Source of the DNA: Gonapodya sp. JEL0774
Lineage: Eukaryota
Direction: 5' to 3'
DNA: 64,000 nucleotides
NCBI GenBank assembly: GCA_027604505.1
Contig: JADIIX010000018.1
Span: forward strand, 1-64,000
Shown: piece by piece, positions 41,384-52,309 of the stretch
Position numbering within the stretch: the first letter of the stretch is position 1
How the letters are laid out: the number at the start of each line of letters is the position of its first letter
Program-made: the position numbers and the translations under genes
The notes under the pieces: model-generated
The model's input: only the letters and a program-made list of their open reading frames with translations
Told to the model about the DNA's origin: nothing
Databases searched by the model: none

Positions 41384-42094
41384 AAGGCGCGCAGACGCTC
41401 AATCCGGCACACTTGTGGTACAGTGCCCGACAGCGATCGGTCACAAAAGTCGCGATCACCCAACTCAGCACAACTTTTCTCCACCAAAAATACTGAAATA
41501 GCCAGTACATCAATCCTAACACAAACAAATATAAAAGCATTAAATGCCGTGATTCCGGCTAAATTGTGAAAACTCATTGGGGTTTGGGTGCATTTAGCCG
41601 GTCTAGAGGTCCATTTTGGTACTGACACAGCACTGGAACTCTTCAGTATCAGAAAGCTTTGATTTCGCTGGTAGTTCAAGCTCCACCTTATGGACGCCGA
41701 AGTCGTGCAGGGTCCAGGTGCTGCGGTCTGTGCCTCAGGACTTGCGAACTTCGGAGCACTGTAAAGTCAACTCAGAGCATGCAACAAGGCTCAGAAAAGC
41801 CCAAATCGATAATGATAGTAATAAGATATTGTTTCCCTTTTTTTGGAGGTGTCACATGGTTTGTATATAAAACTCATTGCGGAGCGGCGCCACACACATT
41901 TTTCTGATTGAATCAAGATTCCCTCTGGTAGGCATATTAAGAATGATATGAGAATGTTTTCCTGAGTGTTTTTGTAGTTGTACGGATGTAATACAAGTCT
42001 ATGATAGAGTTGGGAGGTTCGGGGGTTTGGTGGCCGATTCGCTCCTGCGCACTGTACGGGTCATCAACATTCTAGAAACAAACACGTAGGAAAC

Positions 42095-42140
42095 TTGCGC
42101 AACCGTAGCGCAATGCGTTTCGTAATACGTTTGCGCAAAC
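42095..42140. promoter_or_regulatory. Cluster of four C/EBP-PAR bZIP-like octamers
   Basis: TTGCGCAA (42095), TAGCGCAA (42106), TTTCGTAA (42118) and TTGCGCAA (42131, inside the 12-bp palindrome GTTTGCGCAAAC), in a long intergenic region. Confidence 0.35.
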
Positions 42141-43213
42141 CAGGTCAATAAAAAGCATTGAGTCTGCGTTTAGACTCCCCATTCAACGAGCCAGCATCAG
42201 CAACACCGCTCTATTGATTCAAAGGCTCAGGAACGTTACCCTTACTATGTACAAGTATGTAATGCAATACCTAAAGTGCCAACCTGATAACCAGGAAGTC
42301 ATACTGACCTGCTCGACAAAGCAAAACGTGGCGCCACATGACCAAACAAAAAGCTTCCTTCGTTCTGAACTCCACCTCCTGCAGTCAATCCCTCCATTTC
42401 ACTGATCAACGAACTCCATTCCACCTCACCCTCCCTGCCTCCTGCTCCACCACCTGTGCCAAGATCGCTTGTGGGTGAACACCGCAGCAACAGGAATCGA
42501 GCAATAATCATTCTCATTCTGATGAGTGCTCACACTTGCGGTGAGTCTTTCAGACATCATGAGCGCAGGTGAAAGCAGCCGTGTTCTGGTAACGCTCTGC
42601 ACAAAGAAATCCGTTATCCAGGGTAATAGAGTGAGTAAAATTCAAACATGGAAGCGGATAAGGTCACAAGCTAGACCAGATCCAAAAGGCAGTAACTAAC
42701 TTGTTTGTACCTGGTTATTATCTCGCTCTGGGCAATGACAGCATAAGGACGAATGTAAACAGTGTCGAGTACTTGGGAAAGCCCCTTCATCTCGTCATTT
42801 CGATTCGATTTTCATTTTCGAAACAAAGGACGCGCTCATGAAGACTCGAGTGGAATCTAATTTGTGTCCCTCCCCGAAAAGCACTCTGAGGTCAAGATGC
42901 AAATGCAATGCTGTTGCACGGTAGACTTCGCAGACATCTTGTCCTAGTGCACATGAGCCGCGCGAACTACTCTTAAACCCGATCCGATGAGAACCATTGT
43001 AAAAGTGATTATTATTATCTCTCAAGCAAAGGCACAAGCATTGGGGAACATACTCAGAGCATTCGCCCAGGCCACATATAATCTGGATTCAGTTCCTCAT
43101 TTTCTTGCCATGCAATTGGACAGCACGTTCGGCGGGTAGTTGGGGAATTGGGAGGATGGTATGATGTGGTGGGGAGAGGACACTTCAGTGCCTCTCATTC
43201 CAACAACCTCGAA

Positions 43214-45451
43214 ATGGCTTCGATTATACCTCTAAACGGAAGTTCAAATGGCACAATTGACTCCAAAGGACCTCATCGCTCGACTCCTCCTACTCCCCTT
43301 CTCAAGCGTAAAGGTGATATTCCACAATCAGGATCTGCTATCGCGAACGTAATTCATTTGGAGCACGAGGTTTGTGTTTCAAGTTCATGGAGCTGCTATG
43401 TGCTTCTTAATCTCGAACTAATTGGATGATCACTGCATGGGCATGCACCCCTTGTGAAACGTTTGTGGAACGAACTTCACCTGGTGATGAACCTCAAAGT
43501 ACTCTGCTCACAATTACCATCCTTTGCCTGTGGTATTCAGCAAAGCGAAGGGCGTGCACGTTTGGGATCCTGAAGGTAAACGATACATGGATTTCCTGAG
43601 CGCATACTCTGCGGTCAATCAAGGTAGGCGAGGAAGGAAAAAGTGAGACCAGACATCAGACGCGATATAAATTTTGGTGAGTTAGAACTCTCACGCGCCT
43701 CCCCATTCCATCTATTCTAACCCGCACGACTTCTGGACCCGAAGGGCACCAGGGGCATTCAGTTGAGTCACCTCCATTATCTCCACTTTAGGTCACTGCC
43801 ACCCAAAGATCTTGGAGACCTTGATCAACCAAGCACAAACGCTTACTTTGAGCTCTAGAGCATTTTATAACGACCAGTTTGGAAAGTATGCCGAATTTGT
43901 GACCAAGGTGCAGTGTTCCTCGCATTTCCCTCAAGTTTCGCCCAATATCCCTAACGCACGCAAATTGTCAATACATGCAATCTGACCCTCAGTACTTTGG
44001 GTTTGATATGATCTTGCCAATGAACACGGGTGCGGAAGCGGTAGAAACCGCTCTGAAATTGGCGAGGAAATGGGGATATATCCACAAAAAGATACCCGAG
44101 AACAAAGCTCTCATCCTAGCAGCCACGGAGAATTTTCACGGGCGAACGATTGGAATAATTACGATGTCTTCCGACCCGGACGCTAAAAATGAATTTGGAC
44201 CGTACCTTCCAAATGTTGGGTATGTTTATTTGCCAATGTGGTTGGCAAAGCGCGTTCTCTTGATCACTGCACATCGTTCCCAGCCCAGTCTGCCCAGTGA
44301 CCCACAAAACTATACGACACAACCATCCAGAGGATTTAGAGGCTGCATTGGAGGCTCATGGACCCCTAGTTGCGGCCTTCCTTGTCGAACCGATTCAGGG
44401 AGAAGCTGGGTAAGCACAAGTGTACCATTTTTGAGTCGGGAGGAACCGAAGCAGAAATTTTATTGCTTCCAGCATCAACGTTCCAGACGATGGTTATTTA
44501 AAGAAATGCTACGATATGTGCAAAAAGCACAACGTCCTGTTTATCGCCGATGAAATCCAGACAGGACTCGGGAGAACAGGAAAATTGCTTGCTTGCGACT
44601 GGGATGAGGTGAAACCAGATGTGCTTATTTTGGGAAAGGCACTCTCAGGAGGTTGGTAAACACCAAGGTGCCATGTTTCCGCAGTTCAGAGACTGACACC
44701 TACAACTTGGCAGGTGTGTACCCGGTCTCAGCTGTCCTGGCTTCTAAGGAAGTAATGCTTTGCATTAAACCCGGGGAGCACGGATCGACGTACGGAGGCA
44801 ATCGTGGGTGACGCAGTGTGCAATTTGGCAATGGGGTGTATATCATCCCTTCACTGCATCTCCAGCCCTTGGATCAGCCGTTTCTATCACTGCGCTTCAA
44901 GTGTTGAAAGATGAGAACATGACTGAAAATGTGAGATCCGTAACAGCTATACTCTTCATGGATCGGGTTCTTATGTGTGAGATATTCTTGGAAGGCGGAG
45001 CGTCTGGGTGAACTCTTTCGGAGTGAACTGCGGAAGACGCAATCTCCTCTTTTGAAGAAAAGTAGGTAGTAATGTTGCGCACTTCGTCCGTCTACTGGGA
45101 GCTGATACGCTACGCGCTGCGAGTCCGTGGAAAGGGCCTGCTCAATGCCATCGTCATCGACGATGAGGACGGCAAGTCCCTCAAAAGTGCGTGGCACGTT
45201 TGCCTTCTCATGGCTCATCACGGGCTCCTCGCGAAGCCAACTCACCGAAATATCATTCGACTGGTGAGCTCACTCGTGCGTACAAATGCCAGAGGTAGTA
45301 TGAGTCTGAGTGTGTATATTTGTAGGCGCCACCTCTCGTGATTACGGAGGAGCAGATCCTGGAGTCTGTAGATATTATCCGTCGATCTTTGAAAGAGATT
45401 GAACACATGAGCGCAGCGGACCTTGCTGCGATTCCCGGCGTTGGGCTTTGA
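43214..45451 (+). CDS. CAR2: Ornithine aminotransferase (class III PLP aminotransferase)
   Basis: [107 protein letters not shown] (PLP lysine), [27 protein letters not shown]. Confidence 0.97.
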
Positions 45452-45564
45452 ATACATAATAATTTGGCATTTCCATATCCCAAATTGATGATGATCACTG
45501 GGAATGGTGGAGCTTTGTGTGCACCTCGCCTGGCGACCATCAGTAGACGCCGAAAACTTCCAAA

Positions 45565-47580
45565 ATGAACACAGTACAAATTGAATCCGCGCAAGCTTTG
45601 ACGCCAATCTCCCCCACAAGCCCACTTTTCTCTGAATTACAATATTCCATCCGGGTCGCTCTGCATTCAACAACAGTTAAAGTGCTCAATGCCCAAGCGG
45701 TTTCAAACTCCCATGCTCGGAAAGATTTCGAGCGCCATCACGGTAGCTCACTAACTCTTAAGGCGTGGGCGGAGATCGGCAAGCTGAAAGTAAATGGACT
45801 TGAGCTCACATCCAAAGGCTGCCAAATTTCAACAGGGGAGCGTGGTATGAAGTTCGAGTTTGGCAGAGTCTCCCTCGATATTGAAACATCGCGAAAGAAA
45901 TCTGGACCTCCGCCAAAAGTGTACAAAATGTTGCTTGTGCAAGTTGCGGTCGGGAGGGCCAGACTCCTACCTCCGAATTTCGCTGAAGATGCTCTGCCAC
46001 CCCCGCCGCCCGGTTATGACAGCTGGATACTCCGCAATGAGCGAGCAAAGGGCGAAGAGAAAAGTTTATGCTTTGAATATATTATCACAAAAGCAAGTCA
46101 AGTTCTTCCAGTGTGTCTCGTGGAAGTGGAATACGATATTGAAGTAGAGAAGAAATCGCGCGAGGTGAGGAATGTTTCCGCATCTGAAATCCCGGCGTAA
46201 CTAAACTTCATAGTTCACAGAGGCCGATGTGTGACAATTGCGAATCAGCGGTCGCAACAGTGTATTGCTCCGCGGATAATGCAAGTCTGTGTGACGACTG
46301 TGACGGAACTCTACATTCGGCGAAGCTCACTCGTCGGTAAGTTTCTTATCCCATGGAGCGCAAGGCGAAAATGAACTCGTGATGTTTTTCGATTTCAGTC
46401 ACAACCGTGTGTCGCTAGATCGTGTAAGAGGGCACAGCTCTTGAATGTTTTGATGGCTCAGAACCTGTTTTTGAAGTGTCTTGCGATTTTACTAGAATGC
46501 TGTCGTCTTTGGCAATTGCCAGATGCATTCTGACAAAGCAGTCGAGTTCTTTTGCTCCCAATGTCACTCTCCTGTCTGCGTCGCATGTAAAATGATAGGC
46601 ACTCACAGCAATGCAGACGCAGCGTCCCATAAACTTCTACGATTAGATGAAGCATTCAATGCCATAGTTTCTGAGACAGCCATGGTGGGTCGCCAGAAAT
46701 GCCCATTGGAAACAAACCGGGATACTTTGATGCAGCGCTCCTGATCACTAGCCGGACAAAGTTCTTTCCCAACGACGTGCAAAAATTGCAAACCATCTGG
46801 ATGCTCTTCAAGATCGTGGAAGAGCTGTGACCAATATGGCGGACTCTCTTCGCCTGCAGATAGAAACAATTTATAAACAGGCATGCCAGGACTTAGACGA
46901 TGTAGTGTTGAGCAAGTTGGCGACTCTTCATGGCGACGAGCTGGAGCTTCGCCGCCAACTACATGAAATGGATCAGTTGGATGAGTTTGTGGCCTACCAG
47001 AAAAAGCAACCCACACAGTTCTTGCTGAGTTATTCGCAACTTCAGCAGAAACGCTCTGAGCTGCATGACTTTCGGCATTTCCGAGATGTTATTGATGTGA
47101 AATGTGATGTGAAGGTCAGTAATTACAATCTTGCAGCCGGGAACATGCACTCATTTGTTTGTCAGGTTTCGGGAACTATATCACTTGCTGTAGATCCGGC
47201 TTGCCCAAGAGATGCGACCCTTCTCTCACCACCACGTTCAAAGGTGAGAGCATTGTTGTATGCAAACTGAGGTCCAGGATTCAGAACCGTGCATGGTGCG
47301 TTTGTTTCAGACACCATCCGTCTTTAAATCGCCGGCTCCTACTCCCACAAAGAAGCTCACGGCGAAAAGCTCTGGTTTCATGAGTAGGAGCGAGTCAATG
47401 GTCTCTCAGGGAAGAAGAGTACATGTAAGCGCAGTGGAAATTGCCTAGTGTCCTTGCAGTCACATAAGAATCTGTGCACTCCGGTGTTAGCAAATTTTTA
47501 GTGACGTTCTTTCAGTCGGAGATGCAAGCAGTCTTACAGCATCTGGTGACGATGATGATGACGATAACTATGACTTCTAA
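45565..47580 (+). CDS. PARP/ADP-ribosyltransferase-like domain + two B-box zinc fingers + coiled coil
   Basis: Exon 1: KVYKMLLVQVAVGR..PPPGYDSW..FEYIITKASQVLPVCLVEVEY (PARP catalytic C-terminal strands). B-box 1: CDNCESAVATVYCSADNASLCDDCDGTLHSAKLTRRHNRV. B-box 2: CQMHSDKAVEFFCSQCHSPVCVACKMIGTHS..HKL. Coiled coil: LATLHGDELELRRQLHEMDQL. Acidic tail ends DDDDDDNYDF*. Confidence 0.75.
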
Positions 47581-47610
47581 CCGTGGTTCATTATTAAGAA
47601 AGATCATATT

Positions 47611-50600
47611 TTAAAGCGGGTTCCTCTCATCTCTGGACCATATATGAGTTCTTACAAATTTAAGCACCATACTATCATAACTTTTCCTCGTTATAGATCG
47701 GTCAAATTCTGAATATGCCTTGATGAGATCTTCGGGTCGAATCTACGGAAACGCTTGGTAAAAATATCAAAATGTTTTACTAGACACAGCGATCTCACTT
47801 CTGTAGGGGCATTTGTGGCTTTCTCAATTAGTTTTCTTACATCTTGGAGTTCTGGTTCCGCGGTTTGTAATTTCCTGTCAAAAAGCGACAGGAGGTCTCG
47901 CAAGTGATCGCTGAATAGAGGCAGTGCCCAATCTTCAGCAAAATACGCAAATAGGTCATTCACGAGCCCTTCGTTGTATCTCGACAACAAATTGTTGCAA
48001 ATTCGTTCGTGAAGCCCATAGAGTGCGACAAGATTTTCGATCGAGTTTGGTTCTCTCACTAGGCACGTGATTGTGCGAATGTAGCCTTGCTCGTCCAACC
48101 ATATCCCGCAATAGTTATCATCATTTGAGGTTGATAAGTTCTTTCCCTTGGCAATTTTCATTTAGCGCGTCAATGAGATAACACAGGGCGTTTCACATTC
48201 TTCACTGTAATGTGTCTTACATTTTCGTGAACCCAAGTCGCACCAGGGCTGGTCACATGCAAGAATGCTAGTCCACCTGTTGTTATTCGGGGAGACTTTC
48301 AGATGATCAAAGCTTCGCCAAAACCATACGAAAGAGACTCATACCAGGAAGTTTCGCGGTGAGAACTTTCGGTAAGGTCCCGCTCCAAGGCTCTTCTTCC
48401 ACGACCTCTGAAGCAAGTCTGCCGTTCACCGTATGTCCTTTGATGACGTTAGCAAGCTAAATAACAATGCAACTAGGGAATGAGTCGACATCATCGTGGC
48501 TTTGTAACGCCTTGTCGTCAACCCACCTTTGCACCAATCTCGGATGAACTGTACTGATCGTGAGATGTCCGGATATTGAATTTGCTTTGATACTTAGTGC
48601 CCGATCCGGCGCCAAATCTGGTGGTAAATGAGTGTCAGGGCAATTTGCGAAAGTTAGAGGCACCAAAAGTCCTTTACATGAAAGGGTCAACGGTTCTGAA
48701 TCCTGTATTGATGACCAACTTGCCATCAAACGATAAACAGGCTGAATTGATGACCTGGAATGTGCTTGGGGAAATCGTCTTCGAACCCGAATAGAATAAA
48801 GAGGATATGTCTGTCACGACAAGTTCATCGCCGTTCTCAGACTGCAACAACGGGGTCAGATTCAAAGAATTCCATAATTCGCGACCTTAAGTTCACTTAT
48901 ACACTCACCAGGACTTTGATTGTCGTAAGGCTGTTGTTTCGTGCTTCCCAGTAAACGAGTTGTCCTCGAATCGCGGTGAATGGAAACTTTGATATCACCG
49001 ATTTCAAGCGTCGCAATGCATCTGCGTCCAGCGACGGAGCATCCTGAAATTCTTCGTCTGGGCATATTAAGATCACGCGATCTGGCAGTATGTTTGTTCC
49101 TAGAATCCCTAAACACTCGAAAACAAGTCATTGAACCACGAATCCATATGGGTGGGAGAGTGGAATACCTCTCAAAAAAGTCAGAGATTGAAGACTTGAT
49201 CCATACACAATAATCTTTCCGTGGGTGCTTTCAGCATACTCCAATAGTTGATCGATCGTTTTGATATCGCATTTATTGAGACCGCAAACATTCGGAAGCG
49301 CCCCAAGCTTCTCCGACAATGAAGAGGAAAGGTCGTACTGCTGTCCAGTCGTGAGGGCGAGCAAATCATACCTGCGGCAGAAAGTTCATACTTCCCTACA
49401 CGACAGAGTAAATATTCCGACCTACCCGATCGATTCCCCTCCTTTAGTCTTGACTACACCTCGTTGCCTGTCAATGTGACACACGTCACCCTCACAAACA
49501 CTCAAAAGCTGGGTCAAATTTTGAGTCTCTAGTCTACGAACGAAGATTTACTTTGCTTATTCTCATCCGCAGTGTAGAATTCGTTGCTCACTCACTGTTC
49601 ACGCAAAAAAGATTGTTGCTGTGTGAAGTATTCAGGCAATGAGCTACTTGGAGCGACCCTCGAGACCATCGTGACATTTGTGTAATTGAGATGTTCGTCC
49701 TTTAACGCAGGTCAGATGCGAGAATGAGCCCTTGTAAAGCCCGTGGTATCACGGTAAACGGACCTGACACAATTCAAGCGCTGCTGTCAGGCCGCAATCT
49801 GATGCTCCGACAAAGACGATCCTAGAATGGACAGACCTCTAAACGGGGACCATCACTATCGCGACTTCGACTGGGTTCCTCATGGGAACTATAGACTCAC
49901 TCGCGGGCGTTGCAGCAACCTCACTGGAAGAATCCAGATGTTCTGGTGGATGATTGGGAAGGGCGGTTCACCGTCCTTCGAGTTGCTCGGGAATTGAATC
50001 CTGCAGCACAAATGAATATGTGAAAATGGATACACAGAGAAAAGTGCCAAATGCTTACCTCCGTCTCCTCCTAACTGGGAAAAACTCTCGCTTGGCAATC
50101 CGCTCCATCTTTGGGATAACGTCGTCGGCATCGGCTTGCCACAAGAGGGCATGGTGATCCGAGAAACTTAGAACATCCTCTAAAATACATCTCTGACGGT
50201 GCCGCTACAATCACCACCCACTCAACGACCTTTCGTCACCAAAGAGTACTCACCACTGCACCCTCAGAAATCGAATCGTGTAATGTAAAGGACAGCAGAT
50301 TCGCAATCTTCGACGATGGGTTCTCGTTTGACAGAAAGTCTTCGATATCACAATGTTCGGAGAGACCTTTCCGAGTGTTGGTCTCGATCACCACGGTTCC
50401 CACTTCAGTCCGTTCCATTTTGACAGCAAATGTCCCTTGAGGAGGTCAAAACCTCGACGGTCAGGGACACAGTCGTGACATTCCAATCTCATCTCTCACA
50501 GTTTGCGTTCTTATTTGTACACTCTAAGTTGATGGGGAGAAGGCTTCGAGCAGTTGTGAAGTAAACAACGTGCCTGGCAACACTGTCAATTGGCGAAAAA

Positions 50601-52168
50601 GATGGAAGTCACAACAACCGCCACCACTCACCCTGGATTCGCTCTTTGTGCTGATGGAACTCTGGTCATTTGTCTCAGGAGAGGAAAGTCGATCGCATCC
50701 GCTGATAACGATATGACGCAGACTTTGTCCATCCCGAAGTGATCAAACGCTGCGCGGACAAAGCATCCCGCTTCTTCGGCGAAAGCGTCCTCAACTGCAA
50801 ATATGTTGATGAGAAAGGCGGAAGAGTGCTTGATTGCTAAGAGGATGAGTAAGTTATCAAGGAGATGCCGATCGAGAACTTCGGTAAACAACCTGCAGCA
50901 ACGGTCGGAAAGTCGGAGAAATCGTGGTCATTGAGGACAACCTGATCAATCGCGTTGTTTGTGAGGTGCATGAAACCGACCACCCGGTCACACCACTAGG
51001 CGACAGACATTCAGAGACAGAACTCGAGTAAAAGAACTTCATTCTATTCTTACCTCGGCTACAAGCGAAAGATGATTCGGGTCTTCAGATTCAATTATAC
51101 TGGAGAGGAGGTAGTCACCACTGTCGCCTTCTTTCAGGACCTAATGGATCCGGTCAATTGCAACATTCGATAACACCATTGTTACCATCACCCACTCTGC
51201 GCGCCTTAAGCATGGGTAATAAATCATCGCAGTCTTCTGTTACAGCCCTTCGAATTTTCACGGGAATGGTAATGGTCTTTCGTTCGCAAATGAGAATCGT
51301 CATGTCGTCAACACTCGACACCACATTCTTTCGAACTGCTGGATTGAATAAGCATTGTGCGCCATCCTTCATTCGACTCCCCCGATTTAAATAGTCTCGC
51401 TCTTGGCTTGAGCACCAGTCGTCTTTGATATACGCGGTGAGAAGAGATTGGAGATCATGTGGTGGTGGATGTGACGAGACGAATAAGATATAGTCCGAAC
51501 GCGGGAAGCAACGGAACGCTTTTTGAAGGCAAGACCAAAGAAAAGAAGGATCCTCGCTTTGAGTGAGAGTCCAGATGAATGTCACATTGGACGGCTGTGA
51601 TTGAATCGAGGAAGTCAGCATCTTCATTTTTATCCACTAGCCCATTACTCTACCGCAGCCAGAAGTCCTTTTAGACTCAGTGCTTACATTCATGTCCTGT
51701 GGAAGCTCACAACCATTCTGGAGTAATTGGTGCAGAGCTTCGGCACGTGATGTTGTGCAATCATCTCCCGGTCTCAACCAATATGGCGGAGGAACAGAGC
51801 AAAACGCTGCAAACGCTTTGGGATCACTCTCTCCATCGAGGCCCACTAGACTTAAAGTTGAGCGCTCTCTACCAAAGGGAGAATAATTGATTGTCAAACG
51901 AGACCTCTTGCACGTGAATCAGAACACGTCTACTCCACATAATCTCAAGAGCATCCAGTTCACGTCCCAAGCCGTTCCATGGAAACTCTCTCCAATCGCC
52001 TTCGAAGATCTGGATCCAGCGAGAGCAGTTTTAATCGTGCTCTGGGACGAAGATTCAAGGAAATTGCCACGACGCAATCACCTTTTGGATGCTTGCAAAG
52101 TGGTGTCTCTCGGCTCGTTCCACAGACAGCGTGCTATGTCTGGGCAGTGGCGGAAGAGACGAGTCCAT
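47611..52168 (-). CDS. CFAP61: Cilia- and flagella-associated protein 61 (radial-spoke-associated CSC subunit)
   Basis: IRRAVTEDCDDLLPML, GDYLLSSIIE..HLSLVAE, SAFLINIFA..FPLLRQM, RIVFVGASDCGL (Rossmann-like), YDLLALTTGQQY, INSACLSFDGKLVINTGFRTVDP, YCGIWLDEQGYIRTITC..NLVALYGLHERICNNLLSRYNEGLVNDLFAYFAEDWALPLFSD. Confidence 0.88.
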
Positions 52169-52309
52169 TGACTGGTTCTGTCTGGTCATGCGGTTGGCTC
52201 ACTCTCGTAGATCCCACATACAAAAAATTCTTCGTTTCATTCGTCCAACACGCCATATCTTCAACAATAAATGAGATTGCAACATTGCATATATTTTTCA
52301 ACAACGTCA

